64,000 nucleotides of DNA from Candidatus Multivorans sp. (GTDB lineage Bacteria > Acidobacteriota > Thermoanaerobaculia > Multivoradales > Multivoraceae), in contig OZ251997.1 of the NCBI GenBank assembly GCA_965247095.1, forward strand, positions 1,728,001-1,792,000, in the 5' to 3' direction. Positions 37,810 to 48,215 of this stretch are shown piece after piece. The translations under genes and the position numbers were made by a program. Numbering within the stretch: position 1 is the first letter of the stretch; every line of letters begins with the position of its first letter. Under the pieces are notes generated by a model. The model searched no databases. It saw only the letters and a program-made list of their open reading frames with translations, and was not told the DNA's origin.

Positions 37810-39354
37810 GTGGCGCCCCGCCCACCACGCGTCGATCGCATCGCCTTCGGCGTCAGTGCCGCGCTGATCGCCCTGGTCTGCATTCCGCTGGCGCTGTCGC
37901 CGCAGACCGGCGGCGCCCTGGTCGTCCGGGCCTACGAGTCGCTGGCGGAGCGCTTCGGACTGCTCTACCAGTGGGCGACGCTGGCAGTCACCGTGTTCCT
38001 GGTCTGGCTCGCCTTCAGCCGCCACGGAGCGAAACGGCTCGGGGCCGAAGACAGCCGGCCGGACTTCCGTCTCTTCAGTTGGATGGCCATGCTGTTCTGC
38101 GCCGGCATCGGCGCGGGGCTGCTCTACTGGTCGACGATCGAGTGGGTCACCTACCTCGATGCGCCACCCTTCGGCCTCGCCCCGAACTCCACCGAGGCGG
38201 TCGAGTGGGCGGCGACCTACGGCATCTTCCACTGGGGCATCTCGGCCTGGGCGCTGTACTGCTTCCCGGCGGTGGCGATCGCCATCCCCTACTACCGCCA
38301 ACACGCCCCGGCCCTGCGCCTGAGCACCGGCCTGCACGCCCTGATCGGCCGCGAGGGGTACGACCGTGCCCCCGCCCGCATCGTCGACGTCCTGTTCATC
38401 CTGGCAATGGTCGGCGGCACGGGCACGTCGCTCGGGCTCGGCACGCCGATGGTCGCCGCCTGCGTCAGCGAGGTGTTCGGCATCGAGCAGACGTTCGGAC
38501 TCCAGGTGGCGATCCTCGCCGTCTGTGTCATCCTGTTCGCGGTCAGCGTCTACCTGGGACTCGAACGCGGCATCAAGCCCCTCTCCGACGGTTCCGTCAT
38601 CGCGGCGATCGTCCTGCTGGCCTTCGTGCTCATGGTCGGCCCGACCAACTTCCTGCTGCGCACGAGCACGAACTCGATCGGCCTGATGCTCGGGAACTTC
38701 ATCCGGCTCAACACCTGGACCGACCCGGTGGCGAGAACGGGGTTCATCGAGGACATGACTGTCTTCTACTGGGCGTGGTGGATCGCCTACGGACCCTTCA
38801 TGGGCCTGTTCGTGACCCGCATCTCCCGCGGCCGGACGGTGCGGCAGTTGATCCTCGGGATGCTGATCCTGGGCACTCTCGGCTGTGCCGTCTTCTACGG
38901 CGTCCTCGGCAACTACAGCATGCACCTCGATCTGTCGGGCGCCCTGCCGGTGCGGGAAATCGCCGAGACGGCCGGCAACGACAACGCGATCGCTCAAACG
39001 ATCGGTTTCCTGCCGTTCGGCACCCTGGCGCTCGTGGTCTTCGCGCTCGTGGCCATCGTCTTCATCGCCACGACCTACGACTCCGCTTCCTACTGCCTGG
39101 CGGCGTCGGCGACCCGCAACCTGACGGAAGGCACCCATCCGGCCCGCTGGCACCGTCTGTTCTGGGCCGTCGCCGTCGGCGTACTGCCGATCACGCTGTT
39201 GTTCATCGGCCAGGAAGGCGGCAACGACCAACTGCGCGTGATCCAGTCCGCCACCCTGGTCGTCTCCCTGCCGTTGCTCGTCGTGGGCGTGCTGATGGCC
39301 GTCTCTCTCCTGCGGTCGCTCCGACTGGACGACGAGCCCGCGGACGGCGCCTGA
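37810..39354 (+). CDS. BCCT family transporter (betaine/carnitine/choline)
   Basis: SWMAMLFCAGIG, FHWG and FYWAWWIAYGPFMGLFVTRISRGRT; GTG start approximate. Confidence 0.92.
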   Translation: MAPRPPRVDRIAFGVSAALIALVCIPLALSPQTGGALVVRAYESLAERFGLLYQWATLAVTVFLVWLAFSRHGAKRLGAEDSRPDFRLFSWMAMLFCAGIGAGLLYWSTIEWVTYLDAPPFGLAPNSTEAVEWAATYGIFHWGISAWALYCFPAVAIAIPYYRQHAPALRLSTGLHALIGREGYDRAPARIVDVLFILAMVGGTGTSLGLGTPMVAACVSEVFGIEQTFGLQVAILAVCVILFAVSVYLGLERGIKPLSDGSVIAAIVLLAFVLMVGPTNFLLRTSTNSIGLMLGNFIRLNTWTDPVARTGFIEDMTVFYWAWWIAYGPFMGLFVTRISRGRTVRQLILGMLILGTLGCAVFYGVLGNYSMHLDLSGALPVREIAETAGNDNAIAQTIGFLPFGTLALVVFALVAIVFIATTYDSASYCLAASATRNLTEGTHPARWHRLFWAVAVGVLPITLLFIGQEGGNDQLRVIQSATLVVSLPLLVVGVLMAVSLLRSLRLDDEPADGA

Positions 39355-39380
39355 GCGCTGGTGCAACGTCCCAGGCCTGG

Positions 39381-40148
39381 TCAACGGCCATCGTCGGAGG
39401 CGAGGGCCCCCTCGAGTTCCCCGAGCAGCCCCTCCAGCTCGCCCAAAGCGGCCTCCCAGTCTCTCCAGTGGAAGGCATGACCGGCCTCGATCGCTTCCTC
39501 CCAGACCCGGTTCGCCCCGAACAGGGCATCGGCGGCCTCATGCCGATCCGACGGATCTTGCAGGCGCAGAATATCGCGCGACACGCTGGCGCGGACGCCG
39601 CGCAGAGCCCGCATCCGCGCCAGCAGTTGGCCGCCCTTCGCCAGCTCCTCCTGCCCTGACGTTCCGGCCTCCCGGTGGTCGGCTTCGGGACCGTGGCAAC
39701 GGTTGCAGCGCGCCTGCAACCCGCCCTCGCCGAGCGACTGCCCGGCCACGCTGCCATGGCAGGTGCGGCAGGTTGGAGCGGCGCGAACCCTCCGTTCGAA
39801 GAGCGCGAAATGCGCGCTCCGCTGCAGGGCCTGGTACTCCGCGTCGTGGCAGCGGCCGCAGGTCCGGGGCAGGTTCCACTGGTGGGTCGGACTCTTCGGG
39901 TGGCCGCTGTTCAGCACCCCCTTGTGCGCGCGAAGCTGAACGAAGGTCGTGCTATTGCCCCCGTGACAGTCCGCACAGGACACCCCGGCCGTGGCATGCA
40001 CCGAGTTCCGCCACTGGCGCAGATGGAACTCATCCGCCTCCTCGAGTTCCTGCGCGGCGTGGCAGTCGGCGCACGGATCCTGGGCCCAGGCGCCCGCCGC
40101 GAACGCGGTCATCGCCAGCAGGAGAGACGTACTGCGGAGGCGACCCAT
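39381..40148 (-). CDS. Periplasmic pentaheme c-type cytochrome
   Basis: Signal peptide (AWA-Q); five CxxCH motifs: CADCH, CADCH, CGRCH, CRTCH and CNRCH. Confidence 0.88.
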   Translation of the reverse strand: MGRLRSTSLLLAMTAFAAGAWAQDPCADCHAAQELEEADEFHLRQWRNSVHATAGVSCADCHGGNSTTFVQLRAHKGVLNSGHPKSPTHQWNLPRTCGRCHDAEYQALQRSAHFALFERRVRAAPTCRTCHGSVAGQSLGEGGLQARCNRCHGPEADHREAGTSGQEELAKGGQLLARMRALRGVRASVSRDILRLQDPSDRHEAADALFGANRVWEEAIEAGHAFHWRDWEAALGELEGLLGELEGALASDDGR

Positions 40149-40158
40149 GCCCGTCAGA

Positions 40159-41838
40159 CTACCAACGGAACTCCGGCTTGAGGAACAGATCGCGGTCACC
40201 GCCCTCCGGGATCTCGGGCAGCGTCAGCCGGTAGTAGTTCAGCGGAATCGCGCCGTACCAGTATCGATGGCGGGCGATCCGGCGCGGCCTCTCCACGACG
40301 ATGCTCACCGCCTCGCCGGCGCCCGTCTCGACCGGTACGAGTTCCACCGTCAGACTGGCCAAGGGCACGGGCGACCCGATCTGCAGCTCGCCGTCAGCCC
40401 CGGGCCGGTAGCGGATGCCGTCGTCTCCATGCGGCCGGACGCCGCTGCCAATCAGACGCACCCGGAGGTCGCCGTGCTGGACCTCCCCCGGCGCCGAACC
40501 GAGGTGAACCTGGGAGGTCTCGAGCGGCAGGAGCCGCTTCGCCGCGGGCGAGACGTATCGCAGCCGTTGGGCGCCGGTGTCGGCGTCGATCTCGACGGGA
40601 AAGGAAGCCGCGGACCACCACAGCGGCGCCACGAAGAGGGCCGCCATCAGGGACGAGGCGACAAGCCAGCGCCTCGACGGCGGCCGCTCGATGAGGAACC
40701 AGCACACCGGATAGAGCGGCAGGAACCAACGGTTCGCGATCGCCCCGGCGCCGCCGTAGAAGTTGTACGGACTCTTGAACAGAAAGGCCAGGAGTCCCAG
40801 GCCGACACCGGCGAGCAGCCAGCGGCGTCGCGACCCCGGCCGCAAACAGGCGCAGGCAAGCACCAGGGGCAGGAAGTAGGGCACGATGCCGACACTCCGC
40901 CCGAGGAAGGCGTAAACGACGTTGTGTCCCAGCAGCGCGGCGTCAAAGGAGGGCAGCAGAAAGCCCTCCCGAACCCAGGAGGCGTCCCCTCGCACGGCCA
41001 GCAACTCCGGCCAGCCTTCCCGGTCGAAGTCGATGTCGGGATAGCCGGTCGCGCTGCTGAACCCCTGCCGTTCGCCGACGTACGGGCTCCACGCGCCGCC
41101 GCTGGCCCGATGAGCCCAAGCCGAGCCGGCCAGCAGAACCAGGGCGGCGCCCAGCACGATTGCCGCGTTGCGGCGGCCCCAAGCCCGACGCAGCGTCGGC
41201 GCCGCGGCCAGGAGCACGGCGAGAAGGACCGCGAGATAGAAGGGCCGGCCGGCGCCGGCAGTTGCCAGCAGAACCCCGCCGGCCGCAAGGCGCAGGAGGG
41301 ACGGTTTCTTGCCTTCCAGCCAGGGATCGAGGCAGCAGAGGCCGGCAGCAGTCACGACGAGGTAGAACAAGTCGGCATGAACCCAGAACACGTGGCCGAA
41401 CGTGACCGAGAAGAAGAGCAGGAACGCGGCCACCAGCGGCCCGTCGGCGCCGACCCGCTGCAGAAGAAGGCACTCGAGCAGCAGGGCGGCCAGGATCAGC
41501 AGCACCAGATTCGCCAGGATCGGGCCTTGCTCGGGCGCCCACCGCACGAAGGGAGCAAGGAAGAGCGAGTAGAAGGCCGGCTTGGCGTAGACCAGCGTGA
41601 CTCCCCCGTCGCCGCTCTGCAGGATGAGCGGATCCGGAACCTTGCCGGTGGACTCCAGGTAGCGCCGGTAGTCCGACGCCTCGTACCGGCGGTCGAAGTC
41701 GAAGGCCAGACTCTGGGCCTGCATGGAGTACACGCCTTCGTCGCCCACCGTATACGGCCAGTCCCGTGGATCGAAGACGGCCACGGCCGTCGTCAGGACC
41801 ATGACCAGGGCCCACAGCACTGCCCGTTGCCAGGTCAT
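40159..41838 (-). CDS. Polytopic membrane protein, probable GT-C fold glycosyltransferase
   Basis: TM helix followed by a GDEGVY acidic motif, many TM helices and NRWFLP; start approximate. Confidence 0.55.
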   Translation of the reverse strand: MTWQRAVLWALVMVLTTAVAVFDPRDWPYTVGDEGVYSMQAQSLAFDFDRRYEASDYRRYLESTGKVPDPLILQSGDGGVTLVYAKPAFYSLFLAPFVRWAPEQGPILANLVLLILAALLLECLLLQRVGADGPLVAAFLLFFSVTFGHVFWVHADLFYLVVTAAGLCCLDPWLEGKKPSLLRLAAGGVLLATAGAGRPFYLAVLLAVLLAAAPTLRRAWGRRNAAIVLGAALVLLAGSAWAHRASGGAWSPYVGERQGFSSATGYPDIDFDREGWPELLAVRGDASWVREGFLLPSFDAALLGHNVVYAFLGRSVGIVPYFLPLVLACACLRPGSRRRWLLAGVGLGLLAFLFKSPYNFYGGAGAIANRWFLPLYPVCWFLIERPPSRRWLVASSLMAALFVAPLWWSAASFPVEIDADTGAQRLRYVSPAAKRLLPLETSQVHLGSAPGEVQHGDLRVRLIGSGVRPHGDDGIRYRPGADGELQIGSPVPLASLTVELVPVETGAGEAVSIVVERPRRIARHRYWYGAIPLNYYRLTLPEIPEGGDRDLFLKPEFRW

Positions 41839-42044
41839 CTGCCAGCATGCCGACCGGCGCTGCCCGCCGCTCCCGGGAACGCTCATACCTGTGAGGGACC
41901 GTAGCAGGCTCCCGGGTCGGGACGAACGAATCGGGGCGAATCGGACAATAGGGCGCACTCTTCGGTCAACACTGGCCCGAAACGGCCTTCTCTGTTGTAG
42001 GCTTTGTTCAGGTTGACCTGTTTCTAGAAACCAAGGAGTCTCAC

Positions 42045-44735
42045 GTGAAGAGTCCTGAAACTGGCCCCTTCGATCTGCTTCCCCTTCTCGCCGCCCTTCT
42101 GCTGTCACTCTGTCTCTTCGCCCCTGCATTGGCGCAGGAGGCGGATGCTCAGGATGAAAGCGAACAGGCTGAAGAAGCGCCCGAGTTCGGCGAGGCGATC
42201 GTCGTTGTCGGTACCCGTACCCAGGGCCGGACCGTCGCCCAGTCTCCGGTCCCGGTCGACGTGATTTCGTCGGCCGACTTGATGAGCCAGGGCGACAACG
42301 ACCTGATCAACCGCCTCCGGACGGTCATCCCGTCGTACAACGCCGGCGCCCAGCCGATCAGCGACGCGGCAACGATTGTGCGCCCCGTCAACCTCCGCGG
42401 TCTGGCCCCGGACCACACCCTGGTGCTGGTCAACGGCAAGCGCCGCCATCGCGCCGCGGTCATCGCCTGGCTCGGCAACGGCGTCTCGGACGGTTCCCAG
42501 GGCCCCGATGTCTCCGTCATCCCGTCGATCGCGCTGCGGCAGATCGAAGTGCTGCGCGACGGCGCGGCGGCCCAGTACGGCTCCGACGCGATCGCCGGCG
42601 TGATCAACTTCCAGCTCAAGGACGCGAGTTCCGGCGGCAGCGTCGAGATTCGCTCGGGGCAGTTCCAGGACAGCAACCCCGGTTCCGACGGCGGCTTCGG
42701 CGGCCAGTACACGTTCGCCGGCGACAAGGGCATGTCGTACGCCGTCTCCGCCAACCTGGGCATGCCGATGGGCGAGAACGGCTTTTTCAATCTGAGCATG
42801 GAGTACGGCGCCGCCGACCCGACGAGCCGCAGCGTGCAGCGAACCGACGCCCTCAACGCGATCAACGCCGGCAACACGATGATCCGGAGTCCGGTCCAGG
42901 TCTGGGGTACGCCCCTGCTCGAGGACGACATCAAGGTGTTCGCCAACTTCGGCACCCTGTTCTCGGGCGGCACCCAGTTCTACGGCCACGCGAACTACGC
43001 GACACGCACGACCACCGGCGGCTTCTACTTCCGTCATCCGCACACCCGGTCCGGCGTCTTCAGCAACAACGGCGGATCGACGCTTCTGGTCGGCGACCGC
43101 GAGTGGGCCCGGACCGGCGTCGAGGGTGCCGGCGGTTGCCCCGTGATCAATGTCATCAATCACCGGCCCGACGCGGGCGCGTTGGCCGCAGTCGAAGCGG
43201 ATCCGAACTGCTTCACCCTCTACTCACGCTTCCCCGGCGGGTTCACGCCCCAGTTCGGCGGCGACCTGACCGACACGTCGCTTGTCGCCGGCCTTCGCGG
43301 CTACACACAGAGCGGCATGACGTGGGACTTCAGCGCGAACGTCGGCTCCAGCAAGGTCGACCAGTTCATCTACAACACGGTGAACGCCTCGCTCGGCTAC
43401 GACACCCCAACGTCGTTCGGCCCCGGCGTCTACCAGCAGACCGACACGAACCTCAACTTCGACATCACCTACGCGCTAGTTGACAACGTGAACCTCGCCG
43501 CCGGCGTGGAATGGCGGAACGAGCAGTTCAAGATCGGCGCCGGCGACATGCCTTCCTGGGAAATCGGCCCCTACGCCTCCCAAGGCTTCGGCTCGGGCTC
43601 CAACGGCTTCAACGGCTACCGCCCCGAGAACTCCGGTACCTGGGACCGCGCCAACGTCGCCGTCTACACGGACATCGAGATCGAGGATCCGGACCAGCAG
43701 TGGACCTACACGGCCGCAGTCCGGATCGAGGAGTTCGAGGGCTTCGGCAACACGGTCAACGCCAAGGTGTCCGGGCGCCGGGCGCTGTCCGACAGCGTGT
43801 CGCTCCGCGCCGCCCTGAGCTCGGGCTTCCGCGCACCGACGCCCGGCCAGCAGAACGCGTTCAACGTGACCACGGCGTTCGACCCGGAGACGGGCGGCCT
43901 GTCGAACAGCGGCACCGTGCCCTCGATCTCGGCGCCAGCCGCTCTCCGGGGCGGTGAGCCGCTGAAGCCCGAAGACGCCGTGAACTACGCTGTCGGCTTG
44001 GTGGTCGACAAAGGACCGTTCACGTTCACTGCCGACATCTTCCAGATCGAGGTCGACGACCGGCTCACCATCTCGGAGACGTTCCGCCAGTGCTCCCTCG
44101 TCCAGGAGGCGGGCTGCGTGACCGAAGCCGAGATCGACAACCTGCTCGCGGGCGGCTTCGTCGAGGCGAGGAACCTGAAGAACTTCCGGTTCTTCGTCAA
44201 CGACTTCGCGACCCGGACGCGGGGCCTCGACATGGTCGGCACCTGGGCGCCCCCGGCGCTTGGCGGCGACACGACGTTCAGTCTGGTGTTCAACTACACC
44301 GACACGGTAGTCACAGAAGCGAATCCCGACACGGTCGGCGCCTTCCGCATCGCCACCCTGGAACGCGGACTGCCGGAGATGCGCTGGAACATCGCGATGA
44401 ACCATAGTGCCGATCGCTGGAGTCTGATGACGCGCCTGCACTACTTCGAAGGCTGGTGGGACAGCGAGGACGCGCAGAACCTGCTCGGCAGGAACTCGGC
44501 GCCCATGTACCCGGACTACAGCGGCGAGTTCCTGCTCGATGTCGAGTTGGGCCTTCCGCTGCCGAACCAGACGTCAATCGTCCTCGGGGTACAGAACCTG
44601 CTGAACACCTACCCGGAGGAGAATCCCGGCGCTGCCGCCGCGGTGGGCAACCTGTACGGCCAGTTCTCGCCGTTCGGCTTCAACGGGGCCTACTACTACG
44701 TCCGCTTCAACTACGCCTGGGGCACGAGCTTCTAG
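42045..44735 (+). CDS. TonB-dependent outer-membrane receptor
   Basis: TonB box IVVVGTR, LVLVNGKR, IEVLRDGAAAQYGSDAIAGVINF and GFRAP; terminal Phe. Confidence 0.95.
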   Translation: MKSPETGPFDLLPLLAALLLSLCLFAPALAQEADAQDESEQAEEAPEFGEAIVVVGTRTQGRTVAQSPVPVDVISSADLMSQGDNDLINRLRTVIPSYNAGAQPISDAATIVRPVNLRGLAPDHTLVLVNGKRRHRAAVIAWLGNGVSDGSQGPDVSVIPSIALRQIEVLRDGAAAQYGSDAIAGVINFQLKDASSGGSVEIRSGQFQDSNPGSDGGFGGQYTFAGDKGMSYAVSANLGMPMGENGFFNLSMEYGAADPTSRSVQRTDALNAINAGNTMIRSPVQVWGTPLLEDDIKVFANFGTLFSGGTQFYGHANYATRTTTGGFYFRHPHTRSGVFSNNGGSTLLVGDREWARTGVEGAGGCPVINVINHRPDAGALAAVEADPNCFTLYSRFPGGFTPQFGGDLTDTSLVAGLRGYTQSGMTWDFSANVGSSKVDQFIYNTVNASLGYDTPTSFGPGVYQQTDTNLNFDITYALVDNVNLAAGVEWRNEQFKIGAGDMPSWEIGPYASQGFGSGSNGFNGYRPENSGTWDRANVAVYTDIEIEDPDQQWTYTAAVRIEEFEGFGNTVNAKVSGRRALSDSVSLRAALSSGFRAPTPGQQNAFNVTTAFDPETGGLSNSGTVPSISAPAALRGGEPLKPEDAVNYAVGLVVDKGPFTFTADIFQIEVDDRLTISETFRQCSLVQEAGCVTEAEIDNLLAGGFVEARNLKNFRFFVNDFATRTRGLDMVGTWAPPALGGDTTFSLVFNYTDTVVTEANPDTVGAFRIATLERGLPEMRWNIAMNHSADRWSLMTRLHYFEGWWDSEDAQNLLGRNSAPMYPDYSGEFLLDVELGLPLPNQTSIVLGVQNLLNTYPEENPGAAAAVGNLYGQFSPFGFNGAYYYVRFNYAWGTSF

Positions 44736-44764
44736 CGAGCAGCAGGCTTCACGTCTGACCCGGT

Positions 44765-46570
44765 TCACCCGGCGGCCGGCTGGATCGCATCCGCCGGCCG
44801 CTCCCGCTCCAGACTCTGAAGCAACCAGTAGCGGCGGTAGAGTTCGTTGCTCTCGTACAGCTCCTCGTGGCTGCCGGTGGCGACCAACCGGCCCTGATCG
44901 AGCACGTGAATCCGCCCGGCCCGGCGCGCGGTGGCGAGGCGATGCGCGATGACGATGGTCGTCCTGCCTTCCAGCAGGTGCTCGATCGCGCGCTGGACGG
45001 TCGCCTCCGAATCGGGATCGAGCGCGCTGGTCGCCTCGTCCAACAGCAGGATCCGGGGGTCACGCAGGAAGGCGCGGGCGATCGCGATCCGCTGGCGCTG
45101 CCCCGCCGACAGCCGCACACCGCGTTCGCCGACTTCGGTGGCGAAACCGTCGCCGAGACGTTCGATGAACGAGGCTGCGCCGGCCGCCTCGGCCGCAGAC
45201 CGAACCTCGTCGTCAGCGGCATCGGGCCGCGCGAGGCGGATGTTGTCGGCCACCGAACCCGTGAACAGGAAGATCTCCTGTGGCACCAAGGCGATCCGGC
45301 GCCGCAGATCGCTCAGCGCGACATCAGCGAGCGGCCGGCCATCAATCAACAGTTCGCCCGACTGGGCCTCGTAGAACCGGAGCAGCAGCGCGAACAGCGT
45401 GCTCTTACCGGATCCGCTCGGGCCGACCAGAGCGGCCAGCTCCCCCGGCTCGACCTCCAGCGACACGTCCGTCAGCGCAGGCTGTTCCGCTCCCTCGTAG
45501 CGGAAGCCGACCGAACGGATACTCAGCGCGGCGGCGTCCTCGGCCAACCGGACGGGAGAGGGCGAATCGACGATCGCCGAACCCTCGTCGAGCAGTTGAA
45601 AGACACGCTCACTCGATCCCCGCAGTCGCCGGTAGCCAGCATAGAGCGATCCCAACTGGCCCACCGATGTCGCAATCGCGAACGTGTAGAGCAGGAACGA
45701 AGTCAACTGGCCTGCCGACAGCACCCCGTCAAGCATCAGGTTTCCGCCGTATCCGAGCACCAAGGCGAAGGCAGCGAAGCCGAAGAAGGTCATCAGACCG
45801 CCGAAGGCCCCGTAGAGGCGGACGTTGCGGAGCTGGACACCGAGTAGGTCGACCAACCGTTCCCAGTAGCGGCGCCGCGCCTGTTTCTCCGCGGAGAACG
45901 CCTGCAGGGTGCGAACGCCGGCCAGCGCTTCCTCGGCCCAGGCAGAGGTCTCGGCAACTGCGTCACGCTCTTCAACCGCCACCCTCTCCAGCCGGCGGCC
46001 GAAGACCACCGCGAACAACACGACGGGCGGCACGATCAGCAGGGCCACCACGGTCAATCGGGTCTGCAGCACCAGGAGGATGGCCAGTACGCCGACGAAC
46101 CGCGCGGCTGCCTGGAGCCCCGACGGAATCTGCTCGGTCAGGGCAATCTGCACGACCGTCAGGTCCGAACTCATGCGCGACAGCAGTTCGCCAACGCGAC
46201 GCCGGTCGAAGAAGTCGATTGACAGGCCGACCAGGTGCCCGAACAAGCGCCGTCGCAGATCGCGCAGCAACCGTGCGCCTGCGGCGCCGAGAAGCCAGGT
46301 CTGGAAGTAGCCGAGCACACCGAGGACAGCGAACAGGCCCATCAGCCACACGACGAGCTCACGAAGCTCCTGTTCGGACCCGGACATAAGCGCGGTGTCG
46401 ACGAACTCGCCGACCCGCATCGGCACCAGCAGGAAGACGCCGCTGCCCGCGAGAAGCAGGACGGTCCCGACCACCAAGGACAGCAGGTACGGCCGCGCTA
46501 GTCCGAAGAGCCGACTGAACGGAACCGGCGCGGAGGAGTGCTCTCCCTCCGCGTTCCTCTCTCTTCTCAC
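44765..46570 (-). CDS. ABC exporter, fused TMD-ATPase (MsbA/ABCB type)
   Basis: Six TM helices; GPSGSGKS, LSAGQRQR, LLDEATS and IAHRL. Confidence 0.93.
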   Translation of the reverse strand: MRRERNAEGEHSSAPVPFSRLFGLARPYLLSLVVGTVLLLAGSGVFLLVPMRVGEFVDTALMSGSEQELRELVVWLMGLFAVLGVLGYFQTWLLGAAGARLLRDLRRRLFGHLVGLSIDFFDRRRVGELLSRMSSDLTVVQIALTEQIPSGLQAAARFVGVLAILLVLQTRLTVVALLIVPPVVLFAVVFGRRLERVAVEERDAVAETSAWAEEALAGVRTLQAFSAEKQARRRYWERLVDLLGVQLRNVRLYGAFGGLMTFFGFAAFALVLGYGGNLMLDGVLSAGQLTSFLLYTFAIATSVGQLGSLYAGYRRLRGSSERVFQLLDEGSAIVDSPSPVRLAEDAAALSIRSVGFRYEGAEQPALTDVSLEVEPGELAALVGPSGSGKSTLFALLLRFYEAQSGELLIDGRPLADVALSDLRRRIALVPQEIFLFTGSVADNIRLARPDAADDEVRSAAEAAGAASFIERLGDGFATEVGERGVRLSAGQRQRIAIARAFLRDPRILLLDEATSALDPDSEATVQRAIEHLLEGRTTIVIAHRLATARRAGRIHVLDQGRLVATGSHEELYESNELYRRYWLLQSLERERPADAIQPAAG

Positions 46571-47652
46571 TTCTCTACGGCGAGGGTGATCACGAGTTCG
46601 GGCCGCTCCGCATCCGCCACCGCCGACTCGAAGGCCTCAGCCGTCATCGGCAGAGTGACAGTCAATGCCACCGCGCCGTGCTCTATCTGTGCGGGGATGC
46701 CGCGCCCGACACGACCCGAGGCGCTGCCGGACGCCACCACGGCGCCCTGGTCGCCCTGCCCGGCCCGAAGAAGATCGATCTCGACGTCGACCCGCTTGCT
46801 GATCTGCGCGGCATGAAGTGCAAGCTCCACCTGGAGTTCCACCCGGCCGCGCCGTTCTCGCCGCGCAACCTCGAGACGCTCGATCGTCACGCCCTCGCAA
46901 AGATAGGGTGCCGTGTCCCGCGTGATCCAGGCGTAACCCCTGGGAAGTGCCTCGACCGTCCCCAGCGGCAGCCGCAGCACCATCGGCGATGCCATGGCAA
47001 TGCGCTCGATCATCTCCGCATCCGCGGCGCGCGCGGAATCGGGCGTCACTTCGCCGGTGACCGGCGCCGCCGTCGGCTCGGCTTCGGCAGGGGCCGGCGC
47101 CGGCTCGACAGGCTTACCGACAGGAACGTAGTAGCCCTCGAACACGACGCCGGCGGCACGATCGCCCCGAGCGCCCGCCGTCGAGTGACCCGCCACCCGG
47201 CTGATCTGGCCGCGGGCTTCCGGCGCCAACCGCTCACGCCAGTTCGACGTCTCTCCGTCGGCCGTGGTGCGCTCGCCGCGCACCAGCAGAGCGCGCCCCT
47301 CCAGCGCGCCGGACGACCGGATCACGACGCCGCGGTTCGAGACGCTGAACCGCCGCCACATGCCGGCCGCCGCGTCGAAGGAACTGTAGGTCCGGCCCGA
47401 CCGACCGTCGTCAAACGCCCAGGTCTCGGCGATCAGGCAACCGTCTTCCAGCTTCTCGACCCGGCTCCGGCCAACCGCCTCGCCGCCCGAGACAAGCTGC
47501 CATTCGCCGAGCAGAAAGTCCAAGGACCGGTGGTTCTCGCCGGCCTCACAGGGTCCGCGACGCTGCGCCGCCAGCGGCAACGCCATCGCGAGTCCAAGAC
47601 CAACCGGCAGCAGCACACGCGCCGCTCGGCTCCAGTTTGTCGACTGTCCCAT
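46567..47652 (-). CDS. Secreted hypothetical protein (DUF1579-like N-terminal domain)
   Basis: Signal peptide; LDFLLGEW...GCLIAETW...GRTYSSFD; Pro/Ala linker; GGAG RBS; stop overlaps the ABC gene start. Confidence 0.6.
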   Translation of the reverse strand: MGQSTNWSRAARVLLPVGLGLAMALPLAAQRRGPCEAGENHRSLDFLLGEWQLVSGGEAVGRSRVEKLEDGCLIAETWAFDDGRSGRTYSSFDAAAGMWRRFSVSNRGVVIRSSGALEGRALLVRGERTTADGETSNWRERLAPEARGQISRVAGHSTAGARGDRAAGVVFEGYYVPVGKPVEPAPAPAEAEPTAAPVTGEVTPDSARAADAEMIERIAMASPMVLRLPLGTVEALPRGYAWITRDTAPYLCEGVTIERLEVARRERRGRVELQVELALHAAQISKRVDVEIDLLRAGQGDQGAVVASGSASGRVGRGIPAQIEHGAVALTVTLPMTAEAFESAVADAERPELVITLAVEK

Positions 47653-47664
47653 CGATTCGCTCCC

Positions 47665-48119
47665 TCAGGTGCCCAGAAAAACGAACTTGACCACGAACAA
47701 CACGGCCAGAACCGCGACCGCCGGGCGGAGCTGGCCAATCCGGCGCCCATGATCCAGGTCCGGATCGGCAGCACCGAGATGATCACGAAGCAGACGCCGG
47801 AGATGAACAGCGCGCCCAAGGCCACCTGCCAGGGATGCCCCATCCCCAGCACGACACCGTAGGTGAAGAAGGCGTTGATCCCCATTCCTGGCGCCAGAGC
47901 GATCAGGTAGTTCGCGTACAGGCCCATCGCGGCGCAGGCGATCGCCGCCGCCAGACAGGTGGCCACGAATACCGCCCCCCGGTCCATCCCGGCCTCCCCC
48001 AGGATCTCCGGGTTGACGACAGCCACATAGGCCACCGTCATGTAGGTCGTGACGCCGGCGGCGATCTCGCGGCGAACCGTCGTCCGGTACTGATCGAGGT
48101 GAAAGAGGCGGTTCAGCAT
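47665..48119 (-). pseudogene. NCS2/AzgA-type purine permease with a large internal deletion
   Basis: N-terminus (EIAAGVTTYMTVAY, ALAPGMGINAFF) is fused out of frame at about 47750 to the family C-terminus (PAVAVLAVLFVVKFVFLGT*). Confidence 0.85.
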
Positions 48120-48215
48120 GTCGGGGCGCTCGCCCACATGAACTAGGGAAACGCCGCGTGCTGTCGCGGGAATCTCTCGAACAGCCTCGACGCGTGCTTT
48201 GCGCTTGATAACCTC

